The position numbers were made by a program, and so were the translations under genes. A DNA stretch of 64,000 nt from Dipteris shenzhenensis (Eukaryota), in assembly GCA_047967505.1 (NCBI GenBank), contig CM106538.1, one strand, 5' to 3'. Below the pieces are notes generated by a model. It was not told the origin of the DNA. It saw nothing but the letters and a program-made list of their open reading frames with translations, and made no database searches. This document shows, one piece after another, positions 11,601 through 23,600 of this stretch (position 1 is the stretch's first letter; every line of letters starts with the position of its first letter).

Positions 11601-14600
11601 CACAACCAATCTTGCTTTGAAGTTATCAAATGAACCATCAGCTTTTAATTTAGTACGATAAACCCATTTGCACTTGATGGTCTGTAGTCTTGTGGAAGAT
11701 CAACCAACTCCTGAGTCCCCTTTTTCAATCAAAGATGCATATTCGGCCTCCATAGCTAGCTGCCTATTAATAGCGTGATTTGATGCGAGCCTCTTCATAC
11801 ACCATGGGATCATATGTTGTCAATAAGGTAGCATAAATATTCAAGAATATTCTTTGTAGGATTCCAAGATCTAGAGAGTCCTTTTGCAGTAGCTAGGACG
11901 CTAGACATGATGCATCCAAATTATCAATGTTTTGTGTTATGGCTTCAAAATTATCATCACATCAGAGTGAAGACCGTCATCCATATAGTCATTTTTATAT
12001 CATTTTGTTCAGTATTTCCCTCATGATCAATTGGAGAAATTTCATCTGTATTAGTGTGAAAATCTTGTAGAACAGTTTCAGCAATATGAGTATTGTGAAA
12101 GGATTTTGACATTTGTGCTTCATCAAAAACCGCATCTCCGACTGATAATAATCTTTTGAGAAGAAATATCCAAGAATCCATATCCTTTAGCATTAGTGAC
12201 ATATCCAAGAAAAAAAGCCTTTGTAGCAACAGGATCGATCTTTGTACGACGTTCTTTTGGAATTGAGCATATGCACAACAATCAAATACATGAAGATGCT
12301 CGACATTTGGCTTGATGCCTGTCCAAACTTTAATGGGTGTTTTATGAGAAAGTGAAAACGTAACAAGATAATTTTGCACATAAACTGCTGTGGTCATAGC
12401 CTCTACCCAAAATTCATTTTCTAATCCTACATGGATTGGCATGCATTGAGTACCATTCATAATAGTACGATGTTTGTGATCAACAACAATATTTTGTTGA
12501 GGAAAATAATGCATAGTGAATAATTGGATGATCCCGGCCTCTTGACAAAATTAATTAAAAATATTCTATTATAATTGTATGGTGCGCATGCCTCTCTTTA
12601 ATATCAAGAATTCTTTTTGTTTCATGTGGAAGCGTTAGGGTTTAAATTAAATCTTTGAGAAGTTCTATTTGTATAGACTATCACCTTTAAGCAGTCGGTT
12701 CTTTAACGACCAATATGAAATATTGGATGCACTATGCATCCTTGTGGTGGTAAAGCTAACTTTTAAGCAAGCACATAAATATTGTGAATGGACCACAATA
12801 CCTCGGAGGCAACTTAGAACATCCACCATCTTTAGGGCTTTGGAGCACGTGGGTATTCTTAAATAAACTCTCTCACCTTCTTCAAATTGGAATACCAAGC
12901 TTGGGGTGCGTGCTTCAATCCATATAGGGCTTTCTTTAAGTGGCATACCTTCCTTTCAGAACCTTCAACCTCAAAGCCAGAGGTTGGGTAACATAGACTT
13001 CTTCCTGCAAGTGCCCATGAAGAAAAGCGTCTAAATATGAAGCTGATGTACCTCCCAATGAAAGTGGGCAGTAAAGTCAATAACAATTCTTATAGTAGTG
13101 ATCCTGGGAGTGGGGGCACAAGTCTCCTCAAAGTCAATGCCTTGCTACTGTGCATAGCCCTTAGCAATAAGACGGGCTTTGTAACAGTCCACTGAACCAT
13201 TAGCTTTCCGTTTAATTTTATAGACCCACTTAGTCCCAATGGCATTCGTGCCAGGGGGCAAGTCACATAACTCCCAAGTGTTATTTTGATGGATAGAATC
13301 CAATTAAGCTTCGATAACCTGCATCCAACATTCATTTTGAAAGGCATCCTATGGCATTATGGCTCTTTGCATGCTGTAGCAACCAAGGCAGAAGCAACCA
13401 AATTAGCATGTTCTTTTTGGACAGCTGCTCTAATACGAGCTGGCGGAGGAACATCTTGTTTGCTGTCTTTTAGAGTGTCAAGGAGCCACTAGGGAATCCA
13501 TTTGGGCTCTTGTATTTCAGCTCTATCGTGTAGCCGTGTGCACAACATCCTGATCAATCGGAGGCATATCAGGCTGTAAATCATGCTGATTTTCAGACTG
13601 CACATGTGGCTGCAAATGACCAATAGAGGAAGGAGGAGAAACCTCAGATGTGACATCATCATGGGAGTTTAACGGAAACAAAGGCATCAAGCTGTCAAAG
13701 AGATCTGAGGCATCAACAATGGGCTGTTTTTGACAGTCCATTAAAGGCATAGAGGAAGATTCATCAAAGACCGTCCCTATTGACAAAAACCTTGCCTGTG
13801 CGGACCTAGTAGAGCTTGTAGCCCTTGCTCTCTGAGCTATACCCAATAAAAATGCATTTGACAGCTTTATCATCCAACTTTGTGCGTGTCTGAGAAGGCA
13901 CATGTGCATATGCCAAGCATCAAAAGGCACATGTTGCATATGCCAAGCATCCAAAAGTCCTCATGTGAGAAATCCTAGGCGTATGACCTATACAAGCCTC
14001 ATAAGGTGTGACGATTTTTAATGCCTTTGTGGGACATCTATTCAAAATATAATTTGCACACATAACGACATCGAACCACAAGTTGTTAGGTAAATGCTTT
14101 CCTTTTAACATACACTTGGCCATCTCCATGAGTGATCTCTTCTTTCTTTTAGCCACGGGATTCAGCTGAGGAGTGTATGGCACAATGCATTGATGATGTA
14201 TGTCACGTGAGGTGAAAAAATCAGCAAATTCCTTTGACATATATTCACCCTCCTATTTGTATTAATGTGGGCAATTTCCAGTTCGATTTCATTCTCTACC
14301 AAGGCAATGAAATGTTTGAAACATGCAAAAACTTCAGGTTTGGATTTGAAGGCAATAAAATCCCCCTAGAGCTGCAACCCGCATGGGTCCATAAACATCA
14401 CTATGAATCAAATACAGTTTGCGAGATCCACCGATTCTCCTATCCTTGGGAAATGTAGAACGGTGCATTTTTCCAAGCAAGCATGCTTCACAGATATGCT
14501 TTGAACAACAACCATACCATCCTTATGTAACTTCGTTGAGGTGTCCAAACATCTCATGCCACAAATGAGTATCTGTCATGGTAGAAGTATCAACAGCATA

Positions 14601-17600
14601 GGCATTTGCATCTACAAGTCTAGCTTCATCCAAGCATCTATCATATGCATCAAGTCTGTAGAGCCCTCTAGTCAATGTGACAATCAACACCATGGTAAAG
14701 GCATGTGTAGTATCATAGGCCGCACACTGAACACCATCAAAGAGAACCTAATATCCACACGTAGCTATGGCTGAAATGAAAGAGGTTTTTACGTATGCTT
14801 GGTACATAAAGTACGTGGTCTAGAGTGACTAGATCACCATAAACTGAAGTAATGGCAACTTGCCCAATGCCTTTCGCTGTATATGATGCATTGTTGGCAC
14901 ATGTATGCTCAAGTGAGCTGAATAACTTCCGACAAGAAGTGATGTGCTTGCTAGTACCACTATCAAAGAACCAGGCATCAGAAAATGTCATTGAAGCATC
15001 ATGAATATCAGGATTATACTGACAAGTAACAAGAAAAGCCCAATGCTAGTCATGTGTAAAATTAGCTAACTCATGTAGATCATCTGGAGCAGGAGTACTA
15101 GAAACTGCAAGACCAGACTCTTTCTTCTTTTCAGATGCAATTCTCTTCTTGTACTAAGAAATATGAAGCCCAGGTTTCCCGTGATAGTTGCATCTCTTTT
15201 TCTTCTTCTTCTCCCTAGAAGAAGAGGCATCATGGGAGTGACCAGCATGTGTATGAGGGGGCTTACCAACTCTTTGTCCTTGTTTTTATGATGTGTAGCA
15301 AAGGCTTGATCACTAGCCATAGAAGCATTTCAGTTTGCACGGCTTTGTTCCTCTTTTAATAAGAGGCAACCAGCTGGTCAAAGGAATAATGGTTGGCATT
15401 GCCACCTGCAACCAACCTCAAAGTGGTAGCAAAGCCCTGGTAGGAGTTAGGCAACCCATCAAGGGTGTTAGAAACAAGATGAGAATCAGGAACCACCTCA
15501 TAAATGTTCCAACTGCTCTTTCATATCCTTTACACTGGTAAGATAGGCATCCATATTACGACCCTCTTCAAGCTTTAAATCCTTAAACTGCTTGCAGAGA
15601 TAGGCAACCCTTGTCTCATTCTGCACCTAATATAAGGATGCAAGCTGATCCCATGTTTGCTTAGCTGTCTTGCATGACCGGATATAAGGGATAATAACCC
15701 TTTTCATGAAAGAGCATTCAAGAAATGTGCTTTGACATCACTTCCATCCCACTGAATCTGCTCCCGAGTAGGAGGCAAAGTACTTGTAGTGGAAGATGCA
15801 GTTGCACTAGAAGTAGCATTAGACCCATCACTAGATGAGCCTGAGGCAGTGCCAGATGTACTAGAGGCATTACGAGAAGCAGCAGGTCTAGTAGGTCTCA
15901 CCTCGGTGCTTGAAACAATATTCCAAAGATTCTTGGCAATCAAAACATGCCCCATCATATAGGCCCACATGGGGTAATTTGTGCCATCACGTTTGTCCTT
16001 AGTCCCAAGCATCCCAAACAAATGATCCTTACTGTCAGCCATAGCGCAGAAATTTAAGGCAAAGGCACCAACTGCCAATGCAAATGAGAGGAGGGCAATC
16101 TCCCAAAACCAAAAGTCAAATTACTGCTCAAGCTTCAAAGCTTTTCACTGCAAATGCGTGGCTGTCACAAGGTGTATTTGCTACAAAAAGATTCCCAAAA
16201 GACAACATGAGGCCTTCCAAGGCAACAAAGGGCCTTTCCACAATGCCAATGAAGCAAAGAAAGGACTTTTTTGCAGAAAATAAAAGCAATCAACGCAATG
16301 AAAGGAAAATGCTTCAAATGCGAGCACAGGTAATCACCCTTGGAGGAGAGATGAAATGGACAGCAAATGGCAATGAAGGGTGCCAAGAGAAAGCTGGAAA
16401 TGAGAATGTGCTCCTACAAGGAGGAGAGCAGCTCAAAATGAGTGGCGAAGGATCCAACGGAGATAATCTCGCAGCTTGAGGCAAGGGGTGGCAAATGGGG
16501 TCAAGCAGAGGTCTTCGGATGGCAGCAACAATCTCCAAAACCCAAGCATGAACCACCAAGTGAACAAATCGGCTGGAAAAAGTCTTCAAATGCAGACACA
16601 AACCCCAAGGTAGGTCCTTACAACAAGCGGTTGCAATGAATGCGCAGTACAGCTGCCTTATATGCTCAAAAATAGTTTCGTACAGCATTAAATGCTCTGT
16701 ACAAATGCTGAAACAGTCTATTAGGTCAAAATCTGCAATAAATGCTGCAGCCTGCTGTCTGTACAGTCTATACAAGTTGTATGGCTGCCACGAGGACGTG
16801 AAATTATGGGACTTTTGATTTACGACTCCCGTAATTTGCTCGTGACTGCCTTAAGCCTTTGGGGCGCGAGGGTCCGGCCATGTGTGCGGGACTTGGGGAA
16901 TTAAAATTTCCTAGTGGGTCCTTGGAAATTGTGAATGTGCGTCCATTTACTAGGCAGTTAATTCCTAAGGCCAAAGTGTGCGGGACTTGGGGAATTAAAA
17001 TTCCCTAGTGGGCCCTTGGAAATTGTGTGCCAATTATTCCTAGGGCCAAAGTGTGCAACAGGGGCCCAAAAGAGTGGTGCAATTAAAAATTGCTAATTTT
17101 AGCACAAGATTACAGAAAGAGCAGAGAGACTTGTTTTTGGGGACAGGAGGCCAGAATCAGCCCAAAAGGAGCCAAATCTTCAGTCGTGACCTGTTGGAGC
17201 TGCCAGGTGCGGCCAGATCCAAATCGTCAACTACCAGGAGGTCCCAGGAGCTGCCAGGAGAATTCGCAATCTGCCAGGAGACTGCCAGGGAGCTGCAGGA
17301 GAAATCACAATTTACCTAGGGGCCTATCTAGGAAATTTGCAATTGATCAGGGGCTGTCCTAGGAGTTGCGATTGGTTTTTGGGCTGTCCAGGAGCTTCTA
17401 CTAGGTGCTGCAAATTGTTTCTGGCTGAACAGGAGCTGTCTGCGGGGATTTGGACCTGTTTTCTGCTTGCTTTTTGGGCTGTTGTTGCTGGTTTTATTGT
17501 TCTCCAGGCTTGGAAGACTTCTCCTAAGCTGTTTCTAGACTAGACTAGAGTTGGATCTATTGTTTCTCGCTGGATTTAGGGTTTTCCAGCCCGGTGACGT

Positions 17601-20600
17601 GTTTCCAAAGGATTCTTGGCGAAGGAAGGCTTCTCTTTGCTAGCTTTTTCCATTCTTGGACTTCTTGCTGGTTGGTTATTGCGTTTGGAATTGATGCCTT
17701 GCAGGGAAGGTGGATTTATGCAATGGTTTGTGGCCAGGAAGGCTCCAAGTTGATTTCGACCTGTTTTGGGATAGCGATTTGGTTTGATTGCACTAGAATC
17801 TAGCTGTGTGGGAGCTATCTTGCAGTTGTGCAGCCGTGTCTGGCTGGTTGGGCACTTGGTTGTGCAATTGCAGGTGTGGCACATGCAGTGGATGCTTTTG
17901 GGGTGACGGTCTCTGTTGTGTGCTTTGGTTGGCTGAGGACACAGGGTTGTCTAGTAATTGGTTGCCATTTCACCATTTGGAGTTGAGCAGGGAATTACAG
18001 GGTGGGTTGGATGGGGAGTCTGCGGGCGTTGGTTTGCCTGGGGTGCAGCTTCCTAGAGACCTTTGTAATCAGCCGCTTGGCTTCAAATGAATGTGAAATA
18101 AATACCGCTAGGGGCGCCAACGTTTGGGGCCAATTGGTGTCCTTGTATCTGAGAAGAGCGCTCTAGCTCCCTGTGATTTAATCTGTGGTGCATAATTATT
18201 GTCAATTTACTGTGTATGCTGTACTTAAGTGGATCTTACCACCCTTTACGTGGTTAAGGCTGGTTTCCGTGGTTCCATTGTTGGGATCCACCTAACTTTT
18301 TCGTGCTTTGGTTGGCTGAGGACACAGGGTTGTCTAGTAATTGGTTGCCATTTCACCATTTGGAGTTGAGCAGGGAATTACAAGGTGGGCTGGATGGGGA
18401 GTTTGCGGGCGTTGGTTTGCCTGGGGTGCAGCTTCCTAGAGACCTTTGTAATCAGCCGCTTGGCTTCAAATGAATGTGAAATAAATACCGCTAGGGGCGC
18501 CAACGTTTGGGGCCAATTGGTGTCCTTGTATCTGAGAAGGAGCGCTCTAGCTCCCTGTGATTTAATCTGTGGTGCATAATTATTGTCAATTTACTGTGTA
18601 TGCTGTACTTAAGTGGATCTTACCACCCTTTACGTGGTTAAGGTTGGTTTCCGTGGTTCCATTGTCGGGATCCACCTAACTTTTTCAAGAGGGGAGCCTG
18701 TGGTTGGCTTGGTGCAAGTCCAGCAGACTAGGCGAATAAGACAGCATATTCTAGATTTGCTGAAATGCTATGTTTCAAAGCACCAATCACAGTGGGAGAA
18801 GTCTTTACCATTGGTGGAGTATGCATACAATAACACGGTACATTCTTTCATAGGTAATGCTTCATTTGAGATAGTGGAAGGCCGATGTAAGATTTCACCC
18901 ATTTTGCAGACGAAAGATAAAATTTTTGAGATTGATAAGTATGTGGAGAGCTTAGATATAGCTTATCAGAGGGTGAAACAAGCATTGCAGAAGTCACAGG
19001 AGAAGCAAAAAAATGCAGCAGACAAGCACGGGTGTGACGTTGTCATCAAGGAATGTGATTATGTCTTGCTGCGTTTTCAGAAAGCAAGGCTGAAAAGTAC
19101 TCCGGCTATTTCCTAAGCTGAGTATGAGATACTATGGGCCTTTCAAGGTAATTGAGTCGATTAATGATGTAGCATTTCGCTTTATAGCTGCTTGACCATT
19201 GGAGGATTCACAATGCTTTTGATGTGAGTGTCCTTAAGTCTTTTTAAGGTGATGTGCCTACGGATTTGCCTTGATATATGCAGCTAGAGGTGGAATACAT
19301 GGATGAGATTCTTGTATCTGAGTAGATTCTAGCACATAGGGAAAAGAAGGTAAGAGGTAAAGTTGCATGACGCTACTTGGTGAAAATTAGTAATTATTCA
19401 TCATTGCATGCGAAGTGGTTGGACGAGAATGAGTTAGCAGATACTCCTCGGGTGTTACAGCTTTACCTTGAGGCTTTCGAGTTGGAGCCCACTTTGCGTG
19501 ACACTCATTCATGTTCAATAGAGCGCCAGGTGTCTGTAGCATTACCTAATGCATAGGGGGGGAGTTAGCACTTCTATTTCTTTTGTACAGACCTGCTCAT
19601 GTATCTAGAAGACACTTGGTGTTGCATTTTGTTTCACCCGAGGTATTGGTAGCTGATAGTATCTTCGTCGTGACAGTCTCTATGATTGGTGTACTAGTCA
19701 CTTGGTTATGATGCATCTTATGTGCAATGTATTTTGTATTTGTTACCATGGCTCTACAGATACATATTCATTGGTGGTTGACTTGTTAGTGGCATTGGTA
19801 CAATGTCCTTTCAAGTTTGGTTGGTTTGTTGGGTCGCTCCAATTTCAGACTTGGTTGATTTGTTGGTGGCATTGTTGGTTGTCTTTCAGATTTGGTTATT
19901 TGGTTATTTCACTTGCTTTTGATTTTTCCATTGCTATTATTTCTTTTTGTTTGGTGTGCAGGCGCTCGAGGACGTTTGCCTTCTTTCAAGAGGGGGGTCT
20001 GTCACGAGGATGTGAAATTATGCGACTTTTGATTTGCGACTTCCGTAATTTGCGCGCGACTATCTTGAGCCTCTAGGGTGCGAGGGTCCGGCCATGTGTG
20101 CGGGACTTGGGGAATTAAAATTTCCTGTGGGCCCTTGGAAATTGTGAATGTGTGCCTAGTTACTAGGCAATTAATTGTGAGGGCCAAAGTGTGCAATAGG
20201 GGCCTAAAAGAGTAGTGCAATTAAAAATTGCTAATTTTAGTACAGGATTCCAAAAAGAGAAGAGAGCCTTGTTTTTGGGGATAGGAGTCCAGAATCAGCC
20301 CAAAAGGAGCCAAATCTTCAGTCGTGACCTGTTGGAGCTGCCAAGTGCTACCAGATCCAAATCGCCAATTGTCAAGAGGTCCCAGGAGCTGCCAGGAGAA
20401 TTCACAATCTGCCAGGAGGTTGCCAAGAGCTGTAGGAGAAATTGCAATTTGCCCCGGGGCCTATCTGGGAAATTCACAATTGATCAAGGGCTGTTCTAGG
20501 AGTTGTCATTGGTTTCTGGGATGTCCAGGAGCTTCTACCAGATGCTGCATATTGTTTCTGGCTGAACAGGAGCTCTTTACAAGGATTTCGACCTGTTTTC

Positions 20601-23600
20601 TGCTTGCTTTTTGGGCTGCTGTTGCTGGTTTTGCTGTTCTCTAGGCTTGGAAGACTTCTCCTAAGCTATTTCTAGGCCAGAGTTGGATCTACTGTTTCTT
20701 GTTGGATTTAGGGTTTTCCAGCCCGGTGACCTGTTTTCAAAGGATTCTTGGTAAAGGTAGGCTTGTCTTTGCTTGCTTTTGTTGTTCCTGGACTTGTTGC
20801 TGGTTGGTTATTGCGTTTGGAATTGATTCCTCGCGAGGAAGGTGAATTTATGCAATGGTTTGTGGCCAAGAAGGCTCCAAGTTGTATTCGACCTGTTTTG
20901 GGATAGCGATTTGGTTTGATTGCATCAGAGTCTAGCTGTGTGGGAGTTGTCTTGCGGTTGTGTGGCCTTGTCTGGCTGGTTTGACACTTGGTTGTGCAAT
21001 TGCAGGTGTGGCATAGACAGTGGATACTTTTGGGGTCCCTGTTGCATGCTTTGGTTGGCTGAGGACACAGGGTTGTCCAGTAATTGGATGCCATTTCACC
21101 ATATGGAGTTGAGCAGGGAATTATAGGGTGGGCTAGGCGAGGAGTCTGCGGGCGTTGGTTTGCCTGGGGTGCAGCTTTCTAGAGACCTTTGTAATCAGCC
21201 GCTTGGCTTCAAATGAATGTGAAATAAATACCGCAAGGGGCGACAACGTTTGGGGCCAATCAGTGTCCTAGGAGCGCTCTAGCTCCCTTGTGATTTATGG
21301 TGCATAATTATTTCTCAATTTACTGTGTATGCTGTAATTAAGTGGATCCTACCACCCTTTACGTGGTTAAGGCTGGTTTCAATGGCTGTCTGTACAGTCA
21401 CGTGTGAGGTAGATGCAGGGAAAACAGCTCGAAAATGCTGAAAGCAGGTTGAATGGCAACCGAAATGCTCAGCTGAGCAGCTGCCTTTGCTGGAACAGGC
21501 CCAAAATGCACGTTTTTCCGAATTGCTTGGAGAAGCTCTGAATGCTCACATGTGTGGAAATGCCTAGAAGAGAGCCGACCAGCAAAAGAATGAGCTGTCT
21601 AACAGCTTCCAATGGCTCCCAAGGTAGTTTGGGTGGCTGGAAATGCTTGGAGGATGAAACCCTGACGTGCTCTGATACCACTGTAGGCTAGGGCAAGCAG
21701 TGGAGGCTCAAGGAAACAAGGAATGGAGTAAAAAATGAGCTGCTGTAATGAATTGCTGCAATCTTAATGAGAGAGTACAAGAGACAGCCAATATAACAAA
21801 ACCCTAGGACAAGGCGTCCTAACTTGACTAAGTGACGTAACTGTAACATGTACTAATTGCACCAACTGTCCTAACTGCCTATAACTAGGCCCACAAGCCA
21901 CATACCAAGGAATGAGTGGCACCTATGGATAGCCTATAGAATGGCCTACACTTAAGCCGTGTCATTTCTTTAATGTTTAATCTCCGGGTATTTGTTTTGG
22001 TAAACTTTCAATCTAAGTTGCGCTTTAAATATGTAATGATGATTGTAAACACACTGGAATTTAGAAGGATATGTGATCAGTGCTTATGATTGTGATTTAT
22101 CTCAAGGATTTTTGTAATTATTCTTGCATGGTAGATACTTTTCTCTTGCAAACTCTAAGACCAAAACCATTAATAGGTCAATGGTGAAGGCTGATAAGGA
22201 TGGGATTCTTGATCCAAGCAGGCAAAATTCAAGATACAATGCGAAAATAGGTTTTATATTTTTGAGTTAGAAATTATAATCAAGTATGCTCACTGTAAGG
22301 TCTAATGCACTTGTTGGCAAAAGTGGCTTGCTTTGAAGTCACTTGATTACATTTCTGAGTTTATTGATTTATAAATAACATAGGGGGAGCGGAATTTCAA
22401 TCGATTTGGTGGATGGCTTGGCAAGAATTCATCTTTTGGAAAGAAAATGCGACTATTGGATGATATCCATGTACATTTGATGTCATCTCGAGCATGTGAA
22501 CCTACACGGTATGTCAATACTCGTTCATACACTAAAAAGCTCTTTAAAAACTGCTGTTCCTGAGCGTCTTTAAGGTTCTAAGGTGTATTTTCTGTTGTAA
22601 AGAAAATAAACTCATGAAGAAGCTCCCAGGCACCTCTTTGGTTTGTGTTAATCAAGTGAAAGTGCAATCCATGGAGAAGGGTTGATATTTAAATTGCAGT
22701 ACCATGCAGTGTAGCACGTCTTGAGTATAGTTTTATGCACTGAAAAGCTCTGGACAATGTTTAAAATGCTTGCAAAGAGCCTGTCTTTTGACAAGTGATT
22801 TTCTGAAAAGCTCGTCTATGGTTAAAATTTGTGACAATTTGTACTAAACCAATGTATTTCCAGTTGACCAAGGTGTAGAAGGATAAACTGAAAATGTCAG
22901 CTAAAGCATCAAATTCTGTTATTCTTTTAAGTGTTTATCAGCGAGATGATGGAAAAGTTTTACATTTCTTTTAGGATATTGAAAATTATTAGTTTGGGAG
23001 AGGGCTCTGTTTAGCAAATGCAGTCTTGCTAAGAAGCCGTATGTTTTTTATTAAAATTTCAGGCAGGCAGTTCGCAGGGATTACCTTCAAGTCTTAGCTT
23101 TGCACTTGACTGCTCCTCTCAAAAGCATGCCAAAGGTAAATATCTAAACAGACAATATGAGACACCCCCTATCTCTTTGATGTAAATATACAGTTGATCA
23201 GTATTTTGATTGATTTGCCATCTTACAGTCCCACACAATGGAAAACATGGTACAACAGTTTCAGGGTGACGTTACATAGACAGACCAACCCCCTCCCCTC
23301 TCTAGGCAGCGATCATCAGTGCTGGGAAACAGCTCAAAGTATCCCTTACACGGGTTCCTCCCCAAGCTCAGGATGAGAGGGACAGAATGAGCTCTTTGTT
23401 TATGATTTAGGATGTCCACTTGGCTACTCAAGATACGTGCGATGATCTAGATGGGAGGGGGGACCCTTCTCCACTGTGGACGCTTGGAGAGTGTTCAGAG
23501 AGTTGCCTTGCCTGAGTGACAAGCTATCTATCACTCATGACCTATGAGGCACTCACTCACATGATGTGGGCATCTGTGAAGATTTTGGAAGAGCCACGTA

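Larger units (their letters stand above)
12891..21950 (-). mobile_element. Truncated Copia element of the same lineage as 831-6641, interrupted in its 5' leader by the Gypsy element at 16786-21381
   Basis: 5' LTR 21682-21950 reads TGTAGGCCAT...CCTACA on the minus strand, with the PBS at 21669-21680. gag MADSKDHLFGMLG..DGTNYPMWAY (16041 downwards), protease WFFDSGTS and integrase are present. RT breaks off at ALYGLKHAPQAWY. Confidence 0.88.
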
